The notes: generated by a model not told the origin, from the letters alone. Counted from the stretch's first letter, positions 41,316 through 52,190 are shown. The stretch is 64,000 nt of DNA from Sedimentisphaerales bacterium (GCA_963663965.2 CAXXFK010000030.1:64001-128000); one strand, 5' to 3'. Program-made: numbers and translations.

Positions 41316-42221
41316 ATGAACAACCTGGATTATCTTAGGCTGATCTCATTTGGGATCGGCACGGTTTTCTTCAAGAAGAAGAAATCCATACTGGCAACAA
41401 TTATATTGACCGACCAATGCAATTTATCGTGCAAGCATTGTGCGGTCAATAATATGACATGCTTTATGGATAGTTACGAAGTGGTTAGAAAAGAGATGGC
41501 CGCGCTCTATAACGAGGGCAATCGAATTCTATTTTTTTGCGGCGGCGAGACCTATCTCTGGCGGGATGGCGACAAAGGCCTGGGGGATCTGGTCCGGGAA
41601 GCAAAACGGATCGGGTTTTATCTGGTGAATATTGTCACCAATGGCATATTGCTTGAAGACATTCCTGAAGCGGATGTGATTTTTTTAAGCCTGGACGGGC
41701 TTCGGGAAAGTCATGACGCCATCCGCGGCGAAACATTTGAACGGATTATGGCGAAGGTAAGAAAAACCCGGACTTCTAATATCTGCGTGTATATGGCGAT
41801 CAATGCCATAAACTATCTGGATGTCGAGCCGCTCACCCGATTGGTTCAGTCAGAAGCCAGATTGAGGTCGATATCGTTCAATTTTCATACGCCTTATCCC
41901 GGTACCGAGTCGCTTTCACTCACCCAGGAACAAAAACAGCTGACGGTAGCGAATATTCTGTCGCTGATCGACCGGGGTTATCCTGTTTTTAATCTTAAGT
42001 CAGGCCTGCGGCGCTATCTCAGCAATCGATGGCGACGGCCCAGTTACCAGTGCCTGGTATCGGAGCAGGGAACGCGGTATCCCTGCGGCCGGTGTGTTGA
42101 GATAGCGGGACTCTGTCAGGAATGCGGGTATATCTTTGCCGTGGAGTTTTCCTTGATATTCAACGGCCACCTGCCCACGCTCTATGAAATGTTTAAAACT
42201 TATAAAAGGTTTGTGTCATGA
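41316..42221 (+). CDS. radical SAM protein
   Basis: CNLSCKHC, GGE, VTNG, LSLDG, C-terminal CGRC...CQEC. Confidence 0.9.
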   Translation: MNNLDYLRLISFGIGTVFFKKKKSILATIILTDQCNLSCKHCAVNNMTCFMDSYEVVRKEMAALYNEGNRILFFCGGETYLWRDGDKGLGDLVREAKRIGFYLVNIVTNGILLEDIPEADVIFLSLDGLRESHDAIRGETFERIMAKVRKTRTSNICVYMAINAINYLDVEPLTRLVQSEARLRSISFNFHTPYPGTESLSLTQEQKQLTVANILSLIDRGYPVFNLKSGLRRYLSNRWRRPSYQCLVSEQGTRYPCGRCVEIAGLCQECGYIFAVEFSLIFNGHLPTLYEMFKTYKRFVS

Positions 42222-43474
42222 TTACCCGGATATTTAAATTCGGTTTGGCGGGCAAACTGAGTCCGTTTGTGTTTCGGGCCGCACGGGATTTTTTGCCGGA
42301 CTATACCATGGATAATTATGGCATTTATTTACATATTCCATTTTGCAAACAACTATGCGCATTTTGTCCCTATTACAAGGTTGTGTATAATGAATCCCTG
42401 GCGGGTCAATTTGCCAAGGCGCTCGAAAAAGAGATTGTCATGGCCGCAAGCCGGCTTGGAGAAAATAAAAGAATAAGCAGTGTTTATCTGGGCGGCGGCA
42501 GCTCCGCCTTGTTGATTTCGGATCTGCCTTCGATTTTTGACCGGATCAGGGAACATTTTCATCTTTCAGGAGGGACCGGTATTGAGCTGCATCCCCGGGA
42601 TGTGAATCGGGATACCCTGACCTCTTTACAAAAGGCGGGCGTGACGATGCTGAGTTTGGGGGTCCAATCGTTTCGACGGCAGCAGTTGTCCTGCCTGGGG
42701 AGGCTGGATATCGATCCCCTGCAAGCTTTGAAGCTGGCCGCTCAATATGACTTTAGCGCTTTGGATGTCGATCTGATATTCGGGATACCCGGCCAGGGCA
42801 TCGATGACCTCGAATCGGATTTCAGTACGGCGGTCCGACACGGCGCCACACAAATATCGACCTATCCATTTATCGCGTTTTCGTATTCCGGCCAATCCCC
42901 CAGACCGGCCGGTCACCGTCTTAAGAAAAAGATGCTGGGCCGACTGATTGAGACCGCCGACCGGATGGGTTTTGAGAGGACCTCGGTCTGGACCTTCGGC
43001 AAGAAAAACCGACCGTGCTATTCTTCGATTACGCGCGAAAACTTTTTGGGGTTTGGGCCCAGTGCGACGTCATTAAGCATGGGTGATTTTAAAATCAACA
43101 CCTTTTCCGTCGAGGCCTATATCGAATCGGTTGAACAGGGCGTGCTGCCGTCGGCTTTGCGTTTAGAATTTGACCGGAAGACCCGCGCCATGTACTGGTT
43201 GTTTTGGAGCTGCTATAACGGCACGATATCCAGCGCCGACTATGAAAGAATGTTCCAACGCGATTTTGGAAAAGATTATGGCAGGTTTCTTTCCGTCGGC
43301 CGACTATTGGGATGTTTGAAACGGCATGAATCTCAATCGAAAGACTGGCTGATAACCCGTCGCGGGAGCCACTGGTTTCATCGCATTGAACAGGCGTATA
43401 CCCATCAATATATTGACAAGGCCTGGTGTCAGGCGCAATTGAGGCCCTGGCCCGAAAAGATCGAACTGAATTGA
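42218..43474 (+). CDS. HemN/HemW-like (class C) radical SAM protein
   Basis: IYLHIPFCKQLCAFCPY, YLGGGS, SLGVQSF, DLIFGIPGQ, FLGFGPSA. Confidence 0.9.
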   Translation: MITRIFKFGLAGKLSPFVFRAARDFLPDYTMDNYGIYLHIPFCKQLCAFCPYYKVVYNESLAGQFAKALEKEIVMAASRLGENKRISSVYLGGGSSALLISDLPSIFDRIREHFHLSGGTGIELHPRDVNRDTLTSLQKAGVTMLSLGVQSFRRQQLSCLGRLDIDPLQALKLAAQYDFSALDVDLIFGIPGQGIDDLESDFSTAVRHGATQISTYPFIAFSYSGQSPRPAGHRLKKKMLGRLIETADRMGFERTSVWTFGKKNRPCYSSITRENFLGFGPSATSLSMGDFKINTFSVEAYIESVEQGVLPSALRLEFDRKTRAMYWLFWSCYNGTISSADYERMFQRDFGKDYGRFLSVGRLLGCLKRHESQSKDWLITRRGSHWFHRIEQAYTHQYIDKAWCQAQLRPWPEKIELN

Positions 43475-43572
43475 ATATGACAGGAGAGCTTGCGGGGAGG
43501 AAACTAATCCATTAAAAAGACAACTATAAGAAGAAAAACGACGGTTAATTGACCTGTTCGAAAGATTTATCG

Positions 43573-44022
43573 ATGAAACTCAAACTGCTACAAATCTTGC
43601 TGGTTTCTGCTGCCTTTGGCTGGGCAATCAGTATCTACGGCGTTTTTTGTTCGTGGGATTCGGCATTGGTTCAACTGAAAGGCTTAGGCGCTGATGCGAT
43701 TCCAGATGATCCCATGCTTGACTATTGGTTACGGATGGCAGCCGGGGCATTTACGGGGATTGGGGTGTTTTGTATGGTATTAGCAATCAATCCCAAGAAA
43801 TATTCAGCCGTTATTCCCTTTGCAGGTCTATTTCTCATTATTGAAGGCATCATCCTGCTGGTTCATGGGATTCGGTTAGGGCTTGAGCCGATCCCCTTCT
43901 ATTTTGATGTTACCTTTTGCCTGGCAACCGGGACAGGCATCTGGCTGTTGAGGCATGAAGCGGCGGCTTTGAAACAAGGAAAACAAGGTGACACTGCCGG
44001 GGATCGTGAGGCGTGTTTGTGA
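43573..44022 (+). CDS. four-TM membrane protein
   Basis: Hydrophobic ORF, LDYWLRM motif. Confidence 0.7.
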   Translation: MKLKLLQILLVSAAFGWAISIYGVFCSWDSALVQLKGLGADAIPDDPMLDYWLRMAAGAFTGIGVFCMVLAINPKKYSAVIPFAGLFLIIEGIILLVHGIRLGLEPIPFYFDVTFCLATGTGIWLLRHEAAALKQGKQGDTAGDREACL

Positions 44023-44378
44023 TGGGGGCAGGAATAGAATGGCGGGGAAAGGACGAGCACGGACCTGAACGGACGGACACGGACAGGCACGAAAGGGGGG
44101 GCGAATAGCCTTGTGATTGAGGAAAAATAAGAAATTGATTGCACCACCGAGGGCACTGAGGACGCAGAGGAAAGGCAGGAGGCGATTAAGTGGGGATGCC
44201 AGGGTGTGGAGAATGAGATTCGATCAGAGATGATTGGGGGGGAATGGTCCGCGGATGGCGCGGATCTTCGACCTCTGGGCTTTAATGAAGCGATGAAAAT
44301 TTATATTGCTGTTTTGTCCTGCAGAGCTGACAGCAAACCGCATATACAAAAATACTTGAATAGGAAAGGCACAGACAA

Positions 44379-44900
44379 ATGATAAGCAGTGGCGATAAAA
44401 TCCGCTTTAAGCTCAAGCCCGGGGATATTATGACAGCCGAATATTTTATGATAAAAAACTGGCTCACCGGACGTGGGCGTATGATGGCAATGGGTTTTGG
44501 GTGCATTATTTTGATAACCTTAGTTTTGATGCCCTTATGGTTTGTTTTCACCCAAAAAGCGTCTATTCATGATGTCATACGCTGGGATAATCCATTGCTG
44601 TTCATTGTGCTATTTCCATTTATATTCATGATCTATCGATATATAGGGATTAAGCGGGATGACAAACGCTTGGAAGAAATAGTCGTTTCGCTGCAACTCG
44701 AAGGCCTCTGGCAACAGAGCAGCACCTTCAATGGAATCATCAAATGGGAACAGATAGCGGATATTCATGACTTCAGGGGGAATATCATCTTTCAAATCAA
44801 AGAGGGCGTACTTCTCTATATCCCCAAACATGCCTTTGACGATATTCAAGCTGCCGACAGCTTCAAAGCGGCCGCAATTGAATTGTGGCAAAAGAAATGA
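44379..44900 (+). CDS. YcxB-like membrane protein
   Basis: Two TMs then KWEQI...YIPKHAF. Confidence 0.75.
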   Translation: MISSGDKIRFKLKPGDIMTAEYFMIKNWLTGRGRMMAMGFGCIILITLVLMPLWFVFTQKASIHDVIRWDNPLLFIVLFPFIFMIYRYIGIKRDDKRLEEIVVSLQLEGLWQQSSTFNGIIKWEQIADIHDFRGNIIFQIKEGVLLYIPKHAFDDIQAADSFKAAAIELWQKK

Positions 44901-44915
44901 TCACAGGATAATGAC

Positions 44916-45425
44916 ATGAGCGACATTATTACATATACCCTCAGCAACCAGGATGTCCAAATCCTGATGAAGCATGCCTATCGTTATGGGATCGGACAGC
45001 AATTTCGATTTCTGATCACGATTGGACCTTTGATTATCATTACCATTATGGGATATTATCTCTATCGTTCAGAAAACTGGCGGGCGGATCTGCCTGCTAT
45101 TATTATTGCCATTTTGGTAGTTTCCGTCTTCTTCGGACTCATGTTTTTAAATTGGCGTCGCAATTTTATTAAATCCATATCTACCAAGGAGCCGCACAGT
45201 GTGCAGCTTTGTGACGATGGGATCTGTATCAATAACCACACTATTGATGGCAAGGTAAACTGGTCGGTCATATCAAAAGTTCAGTTGTTCGATAATCTTA
45301 TGCTATTCCTGACAGGTAATGATCTCCATACGGCCGTACTGCTGGCGCTTCCCCGTCATGCCTTTTCCAGTGATGAAGAGTTCGAAAACTTTTTCCAGCA
45401 GGCAAACAATCAATGTACGGCTTGA
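44916..45425 (+). CDS. YcxB-like membrane protein
   Basis: Two TMs then DDGI...VNWS.I...LPRHAFSS.EE...F. Confidence 0.75.
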   Translation: MSDIITYTLSNQDVQILMKHAYRYGIGQQFRFLITIGPLIIITIMGYYLYRSENWRADLPAIIIAILVVSVFFGLMFLNWRRNFIKSISTKEPHSVQLCDDGICINNHTIDGKVNWSVISKVQLFDNLMLFLTGNDLHTAVLLALPRHAFSSDEEFENFFQQANNQCTA

Positions 45426-45477
45426 ACTGAAAAAGTGACAATTACCATTAGAGTCGCTGTCTATTACGGAGCAGTCG

Positions 45478-46623
45478 ATGATGTCGAAAAACCAAACAAT
45501 AACATCCCACACAAACCTTATTCATAATATCATCGCTATCATTACGGTCGTATGTGCTATCTCCTGTAAGCCGCCGGGCCAGAGCGGGCCGGTGAAGAAG
45601 GATAAAACCTTTGACGGGCCGTCCACTGAGCTGGGGCAAACGGTGGTGGTGCCGAGTCTGGCGAGCGAACTGCCGGGTGGAAAAAATGTGGTGTGGTGTT
45701 CTTCTTTTCAACTGGCCTGGAACGGTTTGAAGGATGACATAATCAAGGAACCGGTTGAGTTGGCGGAGCATCGGGAATTGGCTGAGTTGTTGAACCGGCC
45801 CGGCCCATCGAAAAAGGATATTGGCCCGGACGATTATTACGCCAACGCCGGCCTGGTGGCCGACGGTATTATCGAGACTATCCAGAACGATATGCGGAAA
45901 AAGTTTCCCGAGGAGCCGGTTCCGGATTTTGGCGATATCGGTCCCGCGACGGCCGTGGTCTCGTATTCGTTTTTATCGGCTAATGTGCGCTTTAAGATGC
46001 CCTATTTTGAAAATGACCAGAAGCTGGTTTTTGTGGATAGCTCCGGCCGGGAAACGCCTGTTCGTTCCTTTGGGATTCGGGAAAAGGATGATTACGCTTA
46101 TTATAAATTGCGAGAGCAATTAGAGATCTTGTTCAGAGACTATGAACCGGATTTTAAACTCAAAGAGTGCGCGATTGACCTGTGTGCAAAATCGAGGCCT
46201 AACCAGATTGTTATTGCCATGGTGGAGCCCAGGGCGACCCTGGCCGATACGGTGGCGTACATTGATCAAAAAGCCGGTCCCAAAGCTGAACGAGGGTATA
46301 TGAGCCGTTTCGGTCCCAATGATGTCCTGCTGGTTCCCAATCTGTTCTGGAAAATTGTCCATGATTATGCCGAATTGGAAGGCAACCACCTGGAAAACGA
46401 CAAATTTAAGGGATACCCCATTGAAAAGGCCCGGCAGGTTATCCAGTTTCGCTTGGATCGCAGCGGGGCTGAATTGAAATCGGAATCGAAAATGTACTGC
46501 TTGCCGATGCCCACCTATTTTGTCTTTGACCGGCCGTTTCTGATCTATATGAAAAAGCGGGGGGCGGAGTATCCCTATTTTGTGATGTGGATCGATAATG
46601 CTGAATTGTTGGAACAATACTAA
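45478..46623 (+). CDS. serpin-like hypothetical protein, paralog 2 (lipobox-like N-terminus)
   Basis: Paralog of 38463-39581; AISC lipobox-like motif; start codon uncertain. Confidence 0.55.
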   Translation: MMSKNQTITSHTNLIHNIIAIITVVCAISCKPPGQSGPVKKDKTFDGPSTELGQTVVVPSLASELPGGKNVVWCSSFQLAWNGLKDDIIKEPVELAEHRELAELLNRPGPSKKDIGPDDYYANAGLVADGIIETIQNDMRKKFPEEPVPDFGDIGPATAVVSYSFLSANVRFKMPYFENDQKLVFVDSSGRETPVRSFGIREKDDYAYYKLREQLEILFRDYEPDFKLKECAIDLCAKSRPNQIVIAMVEPRATLADTVAYIDQKAGPKAERGYMSRFGPNDVLLVPNLFWKIVHDYAELEGNHLENDKFKGYPIEKARQVIQFRLDRSGAELKSESKMYCLPMPTYFVFDRPFLIYMKKRGAEYPYFVMWIDNAELLEQY

Positions 46624-47292
46624 GAATCAATAGCTCACACAAAGTCACTAAGACACAAAGATAAACAGTCATTTAGACAGGATCACAGGATGAACAGGAT
46701 GGATCATGAAGAAGTGATGATGGTTAATGATGCGGTGATACCCCGGCAAGCTTTGATTGTCCGGCGCCACCCGGATCAGTTTGTCGAGGCTATCCGGCCG
46801 CATCCTAGCTATGTCCGGGTTACGGAACTGGAGTAAAGGCCTATTTTGAACCGCAGATCCTGATCAATCGGGACAGATGAACACAGATAAAGCAAAGGGA
46901 TAAGAGGAAAACGGGGAATTAACAGGTACGCTGAAGCGTGTGTTGCTCGAAGATAGATCAAGCAGAATTGCTTAACCTGCCTGACTAGCCCAAGTATTTC
47001 TGTCGTCCCTGCGGGACTTGTTCTGAGTGGGTTTGGTCTGAATCCCCCCAATGAATTGTGGGGCTACGCACTGACAGCCCGCCTGAGGAGGATCTTCGAC
47101 CCTGTCGGGCTTCAGGGGTATCCGCCGTACGGCAGATGGTATTATTCGTGATGCTCAACCTGCATTTGGGCAACAGGCCCTGAGGCGTGGACTCCGTACG
47201 GGGGGAGGGGCGAGCCGATATGACTATTGCGAAGCCGGGCGCTTCGGATTATAATAGCGGGATGATGTTTGTAACCTTGCTGAAAGGGCGCG

Positions 47293-47562
47293 ATGATGGA
47301 AATTGACTATGATAAAATTGATGAGATGGTGCTGGCGCTGTTGTATCTGACGAGTTTTCAGAAAAGAAAAGGGTTTCCATTGCAAGCCTGGAAGGGTATG
47401 GACTGGGAGGCCTTGAACCGGCTGCATGAGAAGGATTATATCTGTGATCCTGTCAATAAAAACAAGTCGATCACCTTCACTGAAGAAGGATTTGACCTCA
47501 GCGAAAAGTTATTTCAAAAACATTTTGGTATAAAAGAGAAAAAGGGCGGAAAGGAGAAATAG
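47293..47562 (+). CDS. DUF6429-like small protein
   Basis: KIDE.VLALLYL, AWKG.DWEALNRLHEK.YI.DP..K.KS..FTEEG. Confidence 0.75.
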   Translation: MMEIDYDKIDEMVLALLYLTSFQKRKGFPLQAWKGMDWEALNRLHEKDYICDPVNKNKSITFTEEGFDLSEKLFQKHFGIKEKKGGKEK

Positions 47563-48049
47563 GTTAGCGGATTTTTGCAGGAAAAAACAGGAGAAAGATT
47601 TCGCAGTTGGAGAAGAAAAAAAAGATATTAACAGGCACGCTAAAGCGTGGACTCCGTACGGGGGATCGATTGGGGGCTGGAGGGGGAATAAGAAAATGAT
47701 TTCACCACAGAGGGCACAGAGGACGCAGAGAAAAGGCAGGAGGAATTTAAGTGGAGATGACAGGATATGGAGATTGAGATTTGTTGTAAAAAGATTGGGG
47801 GGAAATGGTTCGCGGATGACGCGGATTCTGAATATTGCTGGAGGGATATGAATGAAGATGTGGAAGAAAAACTGTTTTGATCAGCCCCGAAGGATCGGGA
47901 CTTTGCTATACTCAGCATGGGCAAAACAAGTTTGCCCATCCTACGGGACTTCGATCCTTCAGGATTCAGGAGCGCGAATGGAACTGGATTTGACCTTGTG
48001 AATTGGATGACTATGGAATTTTAGAATTATTAATAAACAGGTATCGACT

Positions 48050-48436
48050 ATGAATAAATATATTATATACTTGATAGTCATTTTATTTTCAATATGTGGG
48101 CATGGCTGTAAAAAAAAGACCAAGAACTATTGGTATTCAGTTTGTGTAAGTATTCAGTCAGAAGGAATAAATGATCTTGAGATAACGGGTGTAAATTGCG
48201 AATTTTATAATTGGGTAGGGCGTGGCCGCAGATTGGTTGGAAGCTATTTGGTTAGTGGTGCGCCGTATCATTATCCTATTCCAGAAAAAGTAGCGTTTAC
48301 ATGGAAAGACGATGAAGGCCAGGATCATCGTGTGGAGGTAGAAGTAAAAAACAAACTGCCGGACCCGTTTGAAGGTGATCTCATATTTACTATTTTAGAA
48401 AATGATCAGGTTAATGTCAGCTACAAGAAGAAATAA
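48050..48436 (+). CDS. AT-rich putative lipoprotein
   Basis: Signal peptide with Cys (GHGC), low GC. Confidence 0.65.
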   Translation: MNKYIIYLIVILFSICGHGCKKKTKNYWYSVCVSIQSEGINDLEITGVNCEFYNWVGRGRRLVGSYLVSGAPYHYPIPEKVAFTWKDDEGQDHRVEVEVKNKLPDPFEGDLIFTILENDQVNVSYKKK

Positions 48437-48537
48437 TTGACATGGGGCTTTGACAGGTTATAACTATTGTAAAATGATCAATCAACCGGTGGTAAAACCA
48501 ATTTTAAAAGACGATTAAAAAAAGGTATTGATATCCT

Positions 48538-49137
48538 GTGAAAATCGAATCCGTTACATCACACCGATCCCTGTTTCAACGCATTCTGGCATGTGTCGGA
48601 CTGACGGGGATCGCTGCTATTTTCTTGCCTATCGATCAGCATGATTTTGTGCTTTGGAAGATGATATGGTCACTTGATATTCCCTCTCTTTGTTTTTTTC
48701 AACCCTTATTGCTGACAATTCCTATAACAGGCGCCACTATTCGTTGGTTAAAAGCCGGTAAACTGACGCGCCTGGAACATGTGTTGAGTTATGTTATTGC
48801 AGCAGGCTCAGCCAGTCTGATGTTTTGGCCATTTCGAGATATTGGCTTGTTTACCTATTGGACGGCATGGATCTTTTTGGCTTGTATTATAGTGATATTG
48901 ATGATTGGTGGCGTTATCGTGGTATTTAATATTCGGTTTGGCGTTTATAAGTCCTGGAGTCCGATTATGGCTATGCAAACCGTATATCTGAATATGGCGA
49001 TTCCGGTTCTATGTTACGATTGGGGAAATTATCGGCTGGGGGAATATTGCATGTTACTGACAGCAGTCGCTTATATCGAACAAATGGTTTTTGCCTGTAT
49101 AACGAATACCTACGAAGGCTACAACAAATACAGGTAA
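48538..49137 (+). CDS. multi-pass membrane hypothetical protein
   Basis: Several hydrophobic segments. Confidence 0.6.
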   Translation: MKIESVTSHRSLFQRILACVGLTGIAAIFLPIDQHDFVLWKMIWSLDIPSLCFFQPLLLTIPITGATIRWLKAGKLTRLEHVLSYVIAAGSASLMFWPFRDIGLFTYWTAWIFLACIIVILMIGGVIVVFNIRFGVYKSWSPIMAMQTVYLNMAIPVLCYDWGNYRLGEYCMLLTAVAYIEQMVFACITNTYEGYNKYR

Positions 49138-49205
49138 TGTGCCTCGTTGCATTGGCAATATGAAACATTTAATCTCATTCATTACTACTTTTCAGGAGTG
49201 ATATC

Positions 49206-49424
49206 ATGACCAGGAAATGTCCATTGTGTGGTTCGGAAAATTTGGAGGCGGGAGGGATTCAGTCGACGGGTAAGGTTTATTTGAGGTTGAGTAAGACTAA
49301 GATCATGACTCTGAAGACCTCGGATGTGGAGCTGGAGGCCGGTCTCTGTATGGATTGCGGGTATGTGCTGTTGTTTGGCGATCTGGAGAAGGCCAGGGGA
49401 TTGATTAAGACCAAGGCGGAGTGA
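49206..49424 (+). CDS. small zinc-ribbon protein
   Basis: CPLCGS and CMDCG pairs; AGGAG RBS. Confidence 0.75.
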   Translation: MTRKCPLCGSENLEAGGIQSTGKVYLRLSKTKIMTLKTSDVELEAGLCMDCGYVLLFGDLEKARGLIKTKAE

Positions 49425-49467
49425 TTGGGGGGGATGGATATGTGAGTTGATACCCAGCGGGTATGGA

Positions 49468-49494
49468 TAGAGACGCAAAGCATTGCGTCTCTAC
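49468..49494. repeat. REP-like palindrome TAGAGACGCA...TGCGTCTCTAC (also 38118-38141, 63847-63873)
   Basis: Three copies seen directly. Confidence 0.8.
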
Positions 49495-49551
49495 CTGCGG
49501 GTGGTTGCAATCGTTATTGGTAGAAAATAACTGTTATTATGGAGGCTGAGT

Positions 49552-49740
49552 GTGAAGTTGATAGCCGTTATTCTGGTGTGCGTGGGGGTGGCGATGGTGG
49601 TTTTGTCGTTGAAAGGGGTGGCCGTAGTCTATAATATGGAAGAGCCCACGGAGTTTGCGGTTCCGACGGCCCGGATTGGGACGGGGATTTTGATTGCTTC
49701 GATTGGGGCGGTGTTGTTTCGGATTCGGCGGCGGCGGTGA
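49552..49740 (+). CDS. small two-TM protein
   Basis: GGAGG RBS, GTG start, two hydrophobic helices. Confidence 0.5.
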   Translation: MKLIAVILVCVGVAMVVLSLKGVAVVYNMEEPTEFAVPTARIGTGILIASIGAVLFRIRRRR

Positions 49741-49831
49741 AGAAGTGGGCTGGATATTGACGGCTGGGGAATGCAGTGCATCTGGTATGATGGATATGAA
49801 AATAAAAACGAAAAAAATATTGGAGTTGATC

Positions 49832-51995
49832 ATGATGTGTACGCGCGTTTTATTCGTGATGGGATTGGTGTTGGGGCCGGTTGGTGGTTTGTGGGGCGGG
49901 GTTGCCTCGGTTGAGTGTCAAGAGGACCGAACGTTTGTGATACAAAACGACGCGCTGAGCCGGACGCTGGCGATTGGGGACGGGGGGCTGGGTACGATTG
50001 AGATTGTCAATAAGGAGGCGAGCCGGGTGATTCATCCGACGGAGTGCCGGGAGTTTGGTCTGCGGATTTCGCAGGGGACCGACCGGGAGGGGACCGATAT
50101 TGAGTTGACCGCGGCGGATTTCAAGTATGTCTCGCACCGGGTGTATGAGGTGGCCGGGCCGGACCGGGGACAGGGGTTGGCGGTTATGCTGGCCGATCTA
50201 ACGCATAAAATAAGCGTTGAGGCGCATTATGAGCTGGCGGATGGGGATTTTTATTTACGGAAGTATCTGGTGATCCGTTCGGAAAGGCTGGTTACGCTGG
50301 AACGGATCGATGTGGAATTGATCGGGATCGCGGATGGGTATCAGCCGTATCAGAAGCGGGAGATTTATGCCCAGGGGCCGGGTCAATGGCGGCCGGGACT
50401 GGGGCAGCCGCTGTTTACCAGGGAAAGCGCGACGTTCTGGGGTGTGGAGTTTCCGGCCGCGGATAATGGGATTAAGAGACGGGTGATGGCCTGTGGGTAT
50501 TTATGGGGGCGGCAGATCGAGGCGGACAGGCCCTACCAGACCTATCGGGCGGTGATGGGGGTTGGGGATGATCCGGCCTATATTACGGATGCGTTTCTGG
50601 AATATATTGATCGGATCCGGATCCGGCCCTTGCGGTTGCAGACCCAATATAACAGCTGGTTCGATACCGGGCGCGGGGTCAGCCGGGAATCGTTTGCCAA
50701 AAGTGTGGCGAAGATCCATCAGGAGCTGGTTGAGAAGCGGGGGGGGCTGCCGCTGAAGGCGTATGTGATCGATGATGGCTGGCAGGACAGCGGGACGCGG
50801 GCGAACTGGACGGATAAGGTGTGGAAGGTGAACGAGAAATTCGATCCGGATTTTGCCCGGAGCAGGCAAGCGGTGCAGAGCGCCGGGGCCAGTCTGGGGT
50901 TGTGGCTGAGTCCGGGCTGTAATTTCGGGGCGCGAAGTATGGTGCCGAAGTTGAAGGCGGCCGGTTTTGAGGCGCTGGATAACTGGATGTCGCTGGCGGG
51001 TGAGAAGTATATGCAGGCCCTGGAAGACCGGATGGTGGAACTGGCGCGGCAGGGTGTGACTTATTTCAAGCTGGATGGATTGTTCGGGCATTTGAATGTC
51101 CGGGATTTTGACTTACAGGGCGCCGCGCATGGGCTGCCCGGGATGCCGCAGTTGGATCTGGAAGGGTTCCGGTCGGATGATGCCCGGCTGAATCACGCGA
51201 AATATGATGAACTCAAGATTTACTATTTAACGGCGGGGACCGAGCGATTGATCCGGCTGTTTGACAAGGTGGCGGAGGCCCGGCCGGATATTTATATGGT
51301 GATTTCCAATGGGGCTTGGCTGAGTCCCTGGTGGCTGATGCATATCGATTCGGTCTGGATGATCAACGCGGGTGACGCCGCCGGCGGCAGCAGCCGGACC
51401 GAAGAGCTGGTTTATCGGGATGGGGTTTATTATGAGATCTGGTCGAGAGAGCATACGCAGTATCCGATGAATTCGATTTTTAATCATGAGCCGAAGAAGA
51501 CCCGTACCGGGGAAGCGGCGGATGTCTTCAGGAAATATCTGTATATGCATCTGTCGCGGGGGACCGGGTTTATCGAGTTTGTATATCAAGCCGTTTGTGC
51601 TGTCGGAGGGTGACTGGGGATATTCTGGCGGAGGGACTGGATTGGGGCGCATGAGTATTTTGCCCACCTTTAAGCGTTCGCGGATGCATGGGGGCGATCC
51701 CAGGAAGCAGGCGGTGTATGGGTTATACCGGGTGGGACGGAACGGCAGGGGTATATCAGTATTCATAATCCGGCTGAAAAAAGAACAGGATTATGCCTTG
51801 ACGCTGGAATCGCGGGTTTGGGACTGGTGGTTGGCAGTGGGGCCGTTTCGAGGTGAGTTCGCCGCTGGCCGATTCGCTGGAGGGGTTGGAAACCGGTTTA
51901 TCAATTTGGCGATACGCTGGCTGTGAAGCTAGGGCCGGGGGAGATCCGGATTTTTGAATTTTAATGCTGAAGGTGCAGGAGTGGACAGACCGTGA
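49832..51995 (+). pseudogene. GH36-like alpha-galactosidase/alpha-GalNAcase, multiply frameshifted after about 51580
   Basis: YNSWFD, IDDGWQD, GLWLSP, YFKLDG; continuation LYIKP...MHGGDP in other frames; likely sequencing indels. Confidence 0.75.
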
Positions 51996-52190
51996 ATAGA
52001 GTAAACGGCCGGTTTTTTACACAAAGCCACCAAGCCACAAATAAATCAGTCAAGTAGATGAAACCACGAATTCACTCGAATAAACCGCTGACAAAAAAGC
52101 GGATTGATTTGCTTAGTTTTGAGGTGGTAAATATATAAGGATGTTTTTGTTGTTAATGTATTACCGGTAGTTAAAAAGGTGAGGTTTGTG

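Noticed and set aside
38546..46913. Diversity-generating retroelement template/variable repeat pair
   Set aside because: Differences are not adenine-specific, both copies are full genes, and no reverse transcriptase is in the window.
29599..47944. Possible CRISPR array among the recurring repeats
   Set aside because: Copies are dispersed and degenerate, with no regular repeat-spacer period and no cas genes.
38463..49740. Classical integron with attC sites
   Set aside because: No intI gene and no RYYYAAC...GTTRRRY hairpins found after the gene stops I checked.
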